Assembly (NCBI GenBank): GCA_964372545.1
Contig: CAYJSZ010000007.1
Span: 1-42,537 of the forward strand
DNA: 42,537 bases
Reading direction: 5' to 3'
From: an uncultured Ignavibacteriaceae bacterium
GTDB taxonomy: Bacteria > Bacteroidota > Ignavibacteria > UBA10030
The notes beneath the pieces were generated by a model. It searched no databases and was not told the origin of the DNA. It saw only the letters and a list, made by a program, of their open reading frames with translations. Made by a program: the position numbers and the translations under genes. This document shows positions 26,790 through 34,989 of this stretch, piece after piece. Within the stretch, counting starts at the first letter, position 1; every line of letters begins with the position of its first letter.

Positions 26790-27875
26790 CTACGACTTCT
26801 GTAAGAATGGAGTTTTTACGACCGTCGCCGGAACATCTTTCCCGCGTATTTGAACATGAACCGTTGTGCCGGGAGAGACGAATTCCTTCGCGACATAACC
26901 CATCGCTATGCCGCGGTGCAGCGATGGTGAGAATGTTCCACTGGTCACCTGGCCGACCGTAGAGCCATTCTGCGTGACAGAATACCCATGCCGGGCCAGC
27001 GTCTTGTCAGGTAGCGTGAAGCCCACTAATCGTCGCTTCAATCCCGCCTTTTTCGTTTTGACCAAAGCCTCCTTCCCGATGAACTCGCCTTTGTCGATTT
27101 TCGTAATCCAGCCAAGTCCGGCTTCCAGGGGATTGGTATTCTGATCGATATCGTTCCCATAGAGACAGAAGCCCATCTCGAGTCGCAACGTGTCGCGCGC
27201 TCCTAATCCGACGGGAGCAATGCCAAATTCCTTCCCCGCATCAAACAGGGCACGCCAGACCTTCTCACACGTTGGAACGTCAGCATCGAAATATATTTCA
27301 AACCCGATTTCGCCAGTATAACCCGTGCGCGAAATAATCATCGGAAAACCGGCAACCTTACCGCGTGTGAAATGATAGTACTGCACGGTCGAAAGATCGA
27401 CCTCCGTCAGCTTTTGCAGCGTCGCTAACGACTTGGGGCCCTGGACTGCCAGTAGCGCGGTCTTGTCGCTCACGTCTGTTAGCTGAACATCTCCGGCAAG
27501 ATGTGATTTCAGCCATTCTAAATCTTTCGGGATGTTGGAGGCATTGACGACAAGCAGGTAGCGGTCTTCGAGATGGTACACCAGCATGTCGTCGACAATA
27601 CCTCCGTCGTCGTAACACATGGCCGAGTATTGCGCTTTGCCATCGTTCAATTTCGAAACATCGTTGATGGTGACTTTTTGGAGATACGGGAGCGCGTCCT
27701 TCCCGCGAACTTCGAACTCGCCCATGTGGGAAACATCGAACACGCCGACGGCATTGCGCACTGCGAGATGTTCTTCGATGATGCCGGTGTATTGCACGGG
27801 CATCTCAAAACCGCCAAACTCGACTAACTTGGCGCCGAGCGATTTGTGAATCTCGTAGAACGGCGTTCGTTTCAT
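26790..27875 (-). CDS. gcvT: Glycine cleavage system aminomethyltransferase T
   Basis: MKRTPFYEIHKSLGAKLVEFGGFEMPVQY from the ATG at 27875. The track ORF start at 27902 would overlap the upstream gene. Confidence 0.92.
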   Translation of the reverse strand: MKRTPFYEIHKSLGAKLVEFGGFEMPVQYTGIIEEHLAVRNAVGVFDVSHMGEFEVRGKDALPYLQKVTINDVSKLNDGKAQYSAMCYDDGGIVDDMLVYHLEDRYLLVVNASNIPKDLEWLKSHLAGDVQLTDVSDKTALLAVQGPKSLATLQKLTEVDLSTVQYYHFTRGKVAGFPMIISRTGYTGEIGFEIYFDADVPTCEKVWRALFDAGKEFGIAPVGLGARDTLRLEMGFCLYGNDIDQNTNPLEAGLGWITKIDKGEFIGKEALVKTKKAGLKRRLVGFTLPDKTLARHGYSVTQNGSTVGQVTSGTFSPSLHRGIAMGYVAKEFVSPGTTVHVQIRGKDVPATVVKTPFLQKS

Positions 27876-27877
27876 AT

Positions 27878-28525
27878 CTACTTCTGCTGCAGCTTTCGCC
27901 AATCTCCCAGAAATCTTTCCAGGCCGATATCCGTGAGCGGATGCTTGATAAGCTGATCGATCACCTTGAACGGCATCGTGCAGATATCCGCCCCGATCAT
28001 CGCTGCTTCTACTACGTGGATGGGGTGCCGTACGCTCGCAACGAGGACTTCGGTTTCAAACTTGTAATTGCGGTAGATCGTTACGACCTGCTTGATGAGG
28101 TCCATGCCCGTCTGGCTGATGTCGTCGAGCCGGCCGATGAACGGGCTGATGAAATACGCCCCCGCCTTTGCCGCCATCAGGGCCTGGTTGGGCGAGAAAC
28201 AGAGTGTGACGTTCGTGCGAATGCCTTCATCTTTCAAACGCTTCACCGCTTTCAAGCCCTCTTTGATGAGGGGGACTTTCACAACGATGTTGTTGTGGAT
28301 CTTCGCCAGCTCACGGGCTTCTTTCAGGATGCCATCCAGATCCGTAGAGACAACTTCAGCATTGATCGGGCCATCGACGATCTTGCAGATTTCTTCCAAG
28401 AGCTTTCGGAACTCCTTGCCTTCTTTGGCAACAAGACTCGGGTTGGTGGTAACTCCGTCCAACAAACCGAGACTCGCGGCTTCTTTGATTTCATCTATGT
28501 TTGCAGTGTCAATAAAAAATTTCAT
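27878..28525 (-). CDS. fsa: Fructose-6-phosphate aldolase / short transaldolase (Fsa/TalC type)
   Basis: [16 protein letters not shown]... from the ATG at 28525 with a GGAGG RBS; about 215 aa, typical for this class. Confidence 0.9.
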   Translation of the reverse strand: MKFFIDTANIDEIKEAASLGLLDGVTTNPSLVAKEGKEFRKLLEEICKIVDGPINAEVVSTDLDGILKEARELAKIHNNIVVKVPLIKEGLKAVKRLKDEGIRTNVTLCFSPNQALMAAKAGAYFISPFIGRLDDISQTGMDLIKQVVTIYRNYKFETEVLVASVRHPIHVVEAAMIGADICTMPFKVIDQLIKHPLTDIGLERFLGDWRKLQQK

Positions 28526-28544
28526 ACATCCTCCAACGTGCGGC

Positions 28545-30197
28545 CTACGCCTTGAATTGACCGGTGATGTCTTTTTTCTGTTTGACTGAGATAAACCGAA
28601 ACTCATCGATCGGCACGGCCTGGTCGGCAACGAGTTTGATGCGAACGAAGAACTTGAACATCATCTTCGTCAGCCTGCTGATGGTGCCGTGCTTGAGGAA
28701 CGCCGCCAGCGTAGGGTTGACGTACAGCTCCAGCCGGAACTCGCGCGACTCGGATTTGAAGCGCTTGACCCAGCGCTCGATCTGGTTCATCGTCGCATCT
28801 TTCGATTGTACCAGGCCCGTTCCACCACAGGTGGGGCAGGCCTCGCTGAAACTCATCATCACGTTCTGCCGAATGCGTTGTCGCGTCATTTGCACAAGGC
28901 CGAATTCCGTCATCGGCAGCACAGTGACCTTGGCGCGATCGCGACGAAGCTCCTTCTTGATCTCGTCGTATACCTTCTTCTTGTTTTTTTCGTCTTCGAG
29001 GTCGATGAAGTCCACGATGATTAACCCGCCGATATCGCGCAACCGAATCTGCCGGCAGACCTCACGGGAGGCTTCGATGTTCGTGCGAAGGGAATTGAGC
29101 TCTTGCTCCTTCTTCGCCGCGTACCGCCCGCTGTTCACGTCGATCACCGTCATTGCTTCCGTCTTCTCGATGAACACATACCCGCCGCTCTTCAGCCAGA
29201 CTTTGCGGCTCAACAGTGTCTGAATGTCTTTCTCGACTCCGAATTTGTCGAAGATCGGCTCCTTGTCCCGGTAAGGCTCCAAGCGATTGGCCATGTCGGG
29301 CGACATCCACTGCACGTAGGCACGGATTTCCTTGTAGAGTTTCTTGTCATCGACGACAACGTGTTGCACATCGGCGGAGAACAAATCGCGAATGACGCTC
29401 GACGTGGTGTTCATGTCCTTGTAGAGGAGCGCGGGGGCTTTTTCCGTCTTTGCTGCTTTCTCGATGTTCCGCCACGCGCGGAGCAATTCCTCGAGGTCCT
29501 GCTTGATCATCTCCTCGCCTTTACCTTCGGCGACCGTCCTGATGATCGCCCCGAACCCTTCCGGGAGCAACGAGCGCACGAGTTTGCGTAACCGACGCTT
29601 CTCTTTGAAATTCGTCAGCTTCTTCGAAGCTCCTACTTTGCCGACAAACGGCAGCAACACCAGGAATCTTCCCGGCAGGGAAATCTCCGACCGCACGCGG
29701 ACACCCTTCTTACCGACCGGCTCCTTGGTGATCTGGACGAGGATTTGTTGTCCGCGTTCGAGGTTGACTTCGGGTTGGCGTGGCGGCGGCTGTTGCTTCT
29801 GGTAATGGCGGCGGTCGCGCGGCGGTGCGGCTGCAACGGCGGTTTCGGCGGCCACAGCCTCGCCGTTACCCTCATTAGAGCTGCGAGTACTCGTCAGGAT
29901 AGGCTTCGGACTCGACGGCTCTTCGTCGTCGTCGTCATCGTCTTCAAAGAGGACGTTGTACTCCTGAAGAGTGTTGCCGATATCGGAGAAGTGGAGGAAG
30001 GCGTCTTGCGGGAGACCGATGTCGATAAACGCAGCGCGAATGCCGGACATGACTTTGGCGATGCGTCCGAGATAGATATCGCCGACATTGCGGTCTTTGC
30101 CGGGCGTTTCGACAAACAACTCTGCAAGTCGTCCGTCTTCAAGAATGGCGATACGATGCTCGTTCGCCGTCGAGTTGATAACAATTTCTTTTTTCAT
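28545..30197 (-). CDS. Rne/Rng-family ribonuclease (RNase E/G) with an acidic disordered insert
   Basis: [28 protein letters not shown] from the ATG at 30197. Has S1 and catalytic-core blocks ([15 protein letters not shown]). Low-complexity insert [12 protein letters not shown]...QQPPPRQPE. Confidence 0.9.
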   Translation of the reverse strand: MKKEIVINSTANEHRIAILEDGRLAELFVETPGKDRNVGDIYLGRIAKVMSGIRAAFIDIGLPQDAFLHFSDIGNTLQEYNVLFEDDDDDDEEPSSPKPILTSTRSSNEGNGEAVAAETAVAAAPPRDRRHYQKQQPPPRQPEVNLERGQQILVQITKEPVGKKGVRVRSEISLPGRFLVLLPFVGKVGASKKLTNFKEKRRLRKLVRSLLPEGFGAIIRTVAEGKGEEMIKQDLEELLRAWRNIEKAAKTEKAPALLYKDMNTTSSVIRDLFSADVQHVVVDDKKLYKEIRAYVQWMSPDMANRLEPYRDKEPIFDKFGVEKDIQTLLSRKVWLKSGGYVFIEKTEAMTVIDVNSGRYAAKKEQELNSLRTNIEASREVCRQIRLRDIGGLIIVDFIDLEDEKNKKKVYDEIKKELRRDRAKVTVLPMTEFGLVQMTRQRIRQNVMMSFSEACPTCGGTGLVQSKDATMNQIERWVKRFKSESREFRLELYVNPTLAAFLKHGTISRLTKMMFKFFVRIKLVADQAVPIDEFRFISVKQKKDITGQFKA

Positions 30198-30680
30198 ACG
30201 GGTACATGTTCCACCGGAGCCTTTGAGCGTGTCGAGAATACCAGAGCGCTTCGAGACGAACTGGAACATGCCCGTGGCGGCGCGGAGTCGTTCCGCCGGG
30301 CACTAACACTCGTCGTAGTTGCGTTACAGATCGACCGAAGCTTTGCTCACCATGGCCGTCCACGATACCGTCCCGAAGGCGTGCAACGATGGCAAGAAGA
30401 TAGAAATGGAATGAAATGAACATCATGTGAATTGGGCCGTCGTTTTTCACACGCGTGAAGCGCCGACGGAATGGGCGCGGAGATTTTCCGGCAAGCGATG
30501 TGCTTGCGACACTCCAGAATAAAAAGAGGTCAAGCTTCTCTGCGTCGCACAAAACTGTATGCTGACCGTTGCTTCCTTCCGGACCTGGCGGGGTTGGGCA
30601 ACGTTCTGTCGCGCAGGACTTGACCTCAGATAAAAAACCTTCCTGATACAAATACTTTCTCCAAAAATCCTTTTGGTCAA
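30198..30680 (-). promoter_or_regulatory. Long structured non-coding region upstream of RNase E/G, including a terminator-like long stem plus U-tract
   Basis: About 480 nt without a credible ORF. 9-bp arms GAGGTCAAG (30526-30534) and CTTGACCTC (30619-30627) close an ~84-nt rod, followed on the minus strand by UUUUUAUU. Further hairpins include 30492-30508. Confidence 0.4.
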
Positions 30681-30752
30681 TTAGTTAACTGGTGAGAGGT
30701 TGATTCGGTTCTCATCTTTTAATCACCAATTAACCACTAATCACCAACCTTG

Positions 30753-30835
30753 TGGAGCTGATCGGGATCGAACCGACGACCTTCCCGTCACGGACAACGT
30801 GACGGGACGCTCTCGACAAATTCTGCAGCACTGAA
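30753..30835 (-). pseudogene. tRNA-like remnant sharing the T-arm and acceptor 3' strand of the neighbouring tRNA-Ala
   Basis: 33 nt (30750-30782) are identical to 30874-30906 of tRNA-Ala, and the D-stem 3' strand GAGAGCG is retained. The anticodon arm is replaced by a 10-bp stem with a 5-nt loop (30783-30807). The 5' acceptor and D regions no longer pair. Confidence 0.5.
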
Positions 30836-30876
30836 AACCTCCATCCTTTCAACACAGCTGCCCATCCCGTCCTTTG

Positions 30877-30949
30877 TGGAGCTGATCGGGATCGAACCGA
30901 CGACCTCTTCGTTGCGAACGAAGCGCTCTCCCAACTGAGCTACAGCCCC
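30877..30949 (-). tRNA. tRNA-Ala (anticodon CGC)
   Basis: Hand-folded 73-nt cloverleaf: GGGGCTG TA GCTC AGTTGGGA GAGC G CTTCG TTCGCAA CGAAG AGGTC GTCGG TTCGATC CCGAT CAGCTCC A. The G3:U70 identity pair is present. CCA is not encoded. Confidence 0.93.
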
Positions 30950-31120
30950 GGAAATTCCGGCAGCCCAATCCCGCCTTCGGCGGATCGTGGGCAGCTTTGG
31001 GACTGCCTGTCCCGACGTGCATTTCTAAGGTAACGATATTCCTTTTAAAAAACAACGCGTACGACGAGGTTGGAACGGGTCGTTCAACAGACGCGGCCAA
31101 GTCTCTGAATTCCGACAGAA

Positions 31121-31149
31121 TTGAATCTCCATTCAGTTTTTGTTATGAT
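31121..31149 (+). promoter_or_regulatory. Sigma70-like promoter of mazG
   Basis: TTGAAT (31121-31126), 17-nt spacer, TATGAT (31144-31149). Confidence 0.5.
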
Positions 31150-31174
31150 AGTCACAACAACATCTGGAGGAATT

Positions 31175-31954
31175 GTGCCCACCAAGCAAACGCAAGACCT
31201 GTTTCAGCAGTACATGACGATCGTTCGACGCCTTCGAAAAGAATGCCCTTGGGATCGTGAACAGACTCATCGGTCGATCCGCCATTCTCTTATTGAAGAG
31301 GCGTACGAAGTTGTCGAATCCATCGATGAGGACAACGTTCAAGAACTCAAAGCGGAATTAGGGGATTTACTCCTCCATGTTGCGTTGCATTCCGTTATGG
31401 CAGAGGAAGAAAAGGCCTTTACGATTGAAGAAGTGGTGCAGACGTCGATGGAAAAACTCATTCGCCGCCATCCCCATGTTTTCGGCGACACGAAGGTGAA
31501 CAGCGCACACGAGGTAAAGACAAATTGGGAAAAGATAAAGATGGCAGAGGGGCGAGAGTCGCTCATGCAAGGTGTGCCGAAAGAACTTCCAGCCCTCCTG
31601 CGCGCCTATCGGCTTCAAGAAAAAGCATCGAAGGTGGGATTTGATTGGAAGAGAAAGAGCCACGTGTGGAAGAAAGTCGAGGAAGAGGTTAGAGAATTAC
31701 AGAGGGCCGAACGAAAGAAAGCGCAGGCGGATACCGAAGCGGAGCTGGGTGACTTGCTCTTTGCGTTAGTCAACTACGCTCGATTCCTGCATGTCAACCC
31801 CGAGCTTGCCCTCCGAAAAGCAACGGAGAAGTTTACGAAACGTTTCAGAGGGATCGAACAGGCACTCCAGAGGCGTGGGAAACGCATCGAGCATTCAACG
31901 CTCGAGGAGATGGACAACCTGTGGGATGAGCACAAACGGGCGGAACGCGACTGA
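31175..31954 (+). CDS. mazG: Nucleoside triphosphate pyrophosphohydrolase MazG
   Basis: Tandem MazG-type domains (RLRKECPWDREQTH..., ELGDLLLHV, ELGDLLFALV). The GTG at 31175 follows GGAGG (31166-31170). The track start at 31121 (TTG) and the ATG at 31145 fall inside the predicted promoter. Confidence 0.85.
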   Translation: MPTKQTQDLFQQYMTIVRRLRKECPWDREQTHRSIRHSLIEEAYEVVESIDEDNVQELKAELGDLLLHVALHSVMAEEEKAFTIEEVVQTSMEKLIRRHPHVFGDTKVNSAHEVKTNWEKIKMAEGRESLMQGVPKELPALLRAYRLQEKASKVGFDWKRKSHVWKKVEEEVRELQRAERKKAQADTEAELGDLLFALVNYARFLHVNPELALRKATEKFTKRFRGIEQALQRRGKRIEHSTLEEMDNLWDEHKRAERD

Positions 31955-32941
31955 CTACTCTTCTCTTTTCTGATTCCCGTTGTCGTGGAATTGATCGTAC
32001 GCATCGATAATGTCCTTCACCAATCGATGCCGAACGACATCATTCTTGTCTAGATACACGAAGGACACGCCTTGTATCTTCTTGAGCACCTCCTGAATCT
32101 GTATCAATCCCGATGTGGTCTTCTGCGGCAGGTCAACTTGGGTTACGTCGCCGGTAATAATGGCTCGCGAGTGCACACCCAGGCGGGTGAGAAACATTTT
32201 CATTTGAAGCGCCGAGGTGTTCTGGGCTTCATCGAGGATGACGAACGAATTATGGAGCGTCCGCCCGCGCATGTACGCTAATGGCACAATCTCGATGATG
32301 TGCTTTTCCATATAGGAGCGGAGTTTTTCCGCCGTGAGCATGTCATCGAGTGCATCGTAGAGAGGCCGAAGGTACGGGTCAACTTTTTCGCGGAAATCGC
32401 CGGGCAGGAAGCCGAGACTCTCACCGGCTTCCACCACGGGGCGGGAGAGAACAATCTTGGTTACATCGCGATTTTTCAGCGCAGCGACCGCCATCGCCAC
32501 CGCAAGATAGGTTTTTCCGGTTCCTGCCGGACCGATGGCAAAGACGACATCGTTCTTCAGAATCTGGTTGATATAATGGCGTTGCCCCGGTGACCGCGCT
32601 TTAACAACGCCGACCTTCGTAAACAGGATTGCGGCGTCGATGTCTTCTGTAACAGATTCGGAGGGGACTTCGGGTGTGGAACCGTTAACGGACACGAGGT
32701 CGATCACCGTATCGACATCGTTCGGCGTGAGGTTGCCGTTCTTGTTGAGAATGTAGAGAAGCTCTTTGAATACTTTTTCGATCTTGCCGACTTCAGCCTG
32801 AGATCCGCGCACAGTAATCTGCTCTCCACGCACTGCAATCGTCGCATCAAACCGGTCTTCGATCAACTGTAGGTGAACATCGTTAAAACCTAGAAGTTGC
32901 ACCGTATCAATTCCTGCAACATTCAGTTTCTTTTCAACCAA
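31955..32941 (-). CDS. phoH: PhoH-family ATPase
   Basis: Walker A GPAGTGKTYLAVA, with ILDEAQN and GDVTQVDLP blocks. The TTG at 32941 lies 9 nt after AGGAGG. The track start at 32971 is also TTG but lies upstream of that RBS. Confidence 0.85.
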   Translation of the reverse strand: MVEKKLNVAGIDTVQLLGFNDVHLQLIEDRFDATIAVRGEQITVRGSQAEVGKIEKVFKELLYILNKNGNLTPNDVDTVIDLVSVNGSTPEVPSESVTEDIDAAILFTKVGVVKARSPGQRHYINQILKNDVVFAIGPAGTGKTYLAVAMAVAALKNRDVTKIVLSRPVVEAGESLGFLPGDFREKVDPYLRPLYDALDDMLTAEKLRSYMEKHIIEIVPLAYMRGRTLHNSFVILDEAQNTSALQMKMFLTRLGVHSRAIITGDVTQVDLPQKTTSGLIQIQEVLKKIQGVSFVYLDKNDVVRHRLVKDIIDAYDQFHDNGNQKREE

Positions 32942-32973
32942 CGAACAAATCCTCCTCCATTCGTGAAACAAAG

Positions 32974-33008
32974 AACGCCCTTGCGACCGCTCGTGCGGGA
33001 AGGGCGTT
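32974..33008 (-). terminator. Intrinsic terminator after the LysM gene
   Basis: 9-bp stem AACGCCCTT / AAGGGCGTT with an inner CCGC/GCGG stem, followed on the minus strand by CTTTGTTT. Confidence 0.55.
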
Positions 33009-33058
33009 TCATGATAAGAGAAAAAATTTTCTTCAGAGAAAACGTGTGGCGTGTCCTC

Positions 33059-33817
33059 CTAAGGATTGTTCATCGCCGCAGCTTGCCTTCTCTGCCAGTA
33101 CATTTTCACCGCTGATCTTTCTTCCGCGGTCAGATCAGCTTTCGGCGGTACTTTCAGCTTTTGGCCGGGAAAAATGATATCGGGATTCTTAATCTGGTCG
33201 CGGTTTCCTTGCCAGATCTTCGGCCAGAGGAATGCATTGTCATAAATGGTCGGTTTCTTCGCGATATTCCACAGGCAGTCGCGATCTCTTGTCCACGTGC
33301 CAACCGTGTATGTCATCGCCATCATCGCGGCCTCAAGAGATTTTTGGAGACCCTCCAGTCGATTGAGTTGGTCTTGTAAACGGTCGTAGTACTCCGGAAT
33401 GGCACTCATCTTGTTTTCCCTGGCATCATTAGTTGCAGCCCGGAGATCATCGAGCTCTTTCGCACGGCTCCACAGGTCCTGGTTCGATAGGCGGGCCAAT
33501 TCATCGAGCCACCGATTTAAACGCTCGAATTCGTTCTCAAAGGATCTCACCGTTTCATTCGTCGCACCGACCAAGGCCATGATCTCATCCTCACATTTTC
33601 TTAGGGCGAGCGACTTGTCGGAATCTTGTTTCTTCAGGTTCTCTATCTCGGATTGAAGGGCAGCGACCCGACTCCTCAGCTGATCCCGCTTCGCCGTGTT
33701 CTCCTGAATCTGTTTCTGCCACTCTTCCTTGGTCATCTCTTGCGCCCCGGCGGCGAATGAAACGAATGCGGCCAGCGCTGTGAGTGTGCTTAAACGTTTC
33801 TTCCAGGTCATTGTCAT
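33059..33817 (-). CDS. Secreted coiled-coil protein with a C-terminal LysM peptidoglycan-binding domain
   Basis: Signal peptide ...AAFVSFAAGAQE, then ~150 aa of heptad-rich helix. LysM-type block YTVGTWTRDRDCLWNIAKK...IKNPDIIFPGQKLKVP. Confidence 0.8.
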   Translation of the reverse strand: MTMTWKKRLSTLTALAAFVSFAAGAQEMTKEEWQKQIQENTAKRDQLRSRVAALQSEIENLKKQDSDKSLALRKCEDEIMALVGATNETVRSFENEFERLNRWLDELARLSNQDLWSRAKELDDLRAATNDARENKMSAIPEYYDRLQDQLNRLEGLQKSLEAAMMAMTYTVGTWTRDRDCLWNIAKKPTIYDNAFLWPKIWQGNRDQIKNPDIIFPGQKLKVPPKADLTAEERSAVKMYWQRRQAAAMNNP

Positions 33818-33839
33818 GGTCTCCTTACGAGTGATACGC

Positions 33840-34103
33840 TTATTGCATGGACTTCAGACGTTGTTCGACGACCGCTTTATCCTGAACGCACTGGTTGATC
33901 TTGGCATCCTTCTCGGCGACGGCCTTCACCAGTGTAGCCCGGCCGGATTCCAGGGCAGCAACCTGTTTTTCCAACGATGCAACTTCGGCTTTCAGGGCCT
34001 CCAACTGTTGCATCTCCTCCACGCTCGGCTTGTTTGAACAGCCCACAAGCAAGGCGGCCATCAAGGACCCTGCGACAAGCATCATCCCAAATGATTTCTT
34101 CAT
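33840..34103 (-). CDS. Small coiled-coil lipoprotein (Lpp-sized)
   Basis: 87 aa with lipobox LLVGC. The mature ~65 aa is almost entirely heptad-like helix. AGGAG RBS. 22-nt gap to the LysM gene. Confidence 0.75.
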   Translation of the reverse strand: MKKSFGMMLVAGSLMAALLVGCSNKPSVEEMQQLEALKAEVASLEKQVAALESGRATLVKAVAEKDAKINQCVQDKAVVEQRLKSMQ

Positions 34104-34152
34104 GACAACTTCTCCTTGACTTTGTGTTTCATGTGCTCAGTAATCTCACTCC

Positions 34153-34181
34153 ATGATAAAGAATTGAGGAAAAAAAGTCAA
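34153..34181 (-). promoter_or_regulatory. Sigma70-like promoter of the lipoprotein-LysM bicistron
   Basis: On the minus strand: TTGACT (34181-34176), 17-nt spacer, TATCAT (34158-34153), about 50 nt upstream of the lipoprotein ATG. Confidence 0.5.
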
Positions 34182-34261
34182 GCGAAATAAGCCCAATTCT
34201 GATATTTCTTCGTTAGGGGTTCAAGCGAGTGAGAACCGAGTGTCAGCACTGCGGCAGAGTC

Positions 34262-34987
34262 TCACAGGAGTCCGCGCTCTGAGAAACTGGTGTACTGTCC
34301 CCCGGCGATGATGATATGGTCATGGACAGGGATATCCAGGATCTTTCCGGCTTGAACGAGCTGCTTCGTCATGGCAATATCTTCCTGGCTTGGCTCGGGG
34401 TTTCCGCTCGGGTGATTGTGCACAAAAATAACGCTGGCCGCCTTTTCTCGAACGACGGCATGGAAGCATTCACGCGGATGCACGAGCGACGCATTCAACG
34501 TACCGCTGGTGATCCGCTCCTCATGCTGGAGCTGATTCGCTGCATTTAACAGGAGAGCCCAAAACTCTTCGTGCTTGAGGTCCCGCAGTTTTGGACCATA
34601 GCGCTCCGCCACATCCGCGGGCCCGCGGAAGGTCGGCTTCACTTTTCCATCGCTGGACGGCAGTCTCCGCGCCAACTCGAACGCCGCGACAATCGCCGTC
34701 GCCCGCGCGCGGCCGATGCCGAGCCTTTCGATATCGTGAACGGACATTTGACCGACTTCGCGAAGTGTGCGGCCGTCCGAGAGAAGTTTCTTCGCTAAGT
34801 CGACGGCCGTTGCTCCCCGCGTCCCCGTTCGAATCAAGATCGCCAGCAGTTCGGACTCCGTCAAGACTGAGGCGCCGTGTCGTTGCAGCTTCTCCCGCGG
34901 CCGTTCCCCTTCCGCCCAATCTTTGATTGTCGTATGATAGCGAGCGTTCTCGGAACCCGCCTGGTCGTTCTTGTTCCGACGGACCAT
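34262..34987 (-). CDS. radC: RadC-family JAB/MPN domain protein
   Basis: HhH-like N-terminus (LTESELLAILIRTGTRG) and JAMM motif HNHPSG. The ATG at 34987 sits just after the upstream stop; the track start at 35008 is TTG. Confidence 0.85.
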   Translation of the reverse strand: MVRRNKNDQAGSENARYHTTIKDWAEGERPREKLQRHGASVLTESELLAILIRTGTRGATAVDLAKKLLSDGRTLREVGQMSVHDIERLGIGRARATAIVAAFELARRLPSSDGKVKPTFRGPADVAERYGPKLRDLKHEEFWALLLNAANQLQHEERITSGTLNASLVHPRECFHAVVREKAASVIFVHNHPSGNPEPSQEDIAMTKQLVQAGKILDIPVHDHIIIAGGQYTSFSERGLL

Positions 34988-34989
34988 GG

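Noticed and set aside
26781-28544. Looked for a glycine riboswitch before gcvT, and likewise a purine riboswitch before guaA and a SAM element before the NSS/MetS-like unit
   Set aside because: The gcvT start abuts the upstream stop, so there is no leader. The guaA upstream region is only about 95 nt and is taken up by a terminator and promoter. The NSS upstream gap is filled by the octamer palindrome and shows none of the conserved riboswitch cores I can recall.
30139-30651. 170-aa minus-strand ORF (plus the 77-aa ORF at 30447-30680) covering the RNase E/G upstream region
   Set aside because: Arg/Pro/Cys-rich and not protein-like, with no RBS, and it overlaps the rng start in another frame. 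The region is better explained as structured non-coding RNA.
30718-30750. AATCACCAA direct repeat / heptamer-like tract (ttaatcaccaattaaccactaatcaccaacc) next to the tRNA-like remnant
   Set aside because: Only two 9-mer copies with irregular phasing. Too short to call a repeat family or an att core, so it is noted only as context.
30849-31100. 83-aa ORF overlapping tRNA-Ala
   Set aside because: It reads straight through the tRNA gene (SSVGRALRSQRRGRRFDPD is a translated tRNA). This is an artefact.
30750-31100. Possibility that the tRNA-Ala-like T-arm/acceptor at 30753 is the 3' end of a tmRNA
   Set aside because: A tmRNA would need about 350 nt of upstream body with a GGGGCUG 5' end and a tag ORF. 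Instead a complete tRNA-Ala occupies that space, and no matching 5' acceptor strand or resume-codon/tag region is visible.
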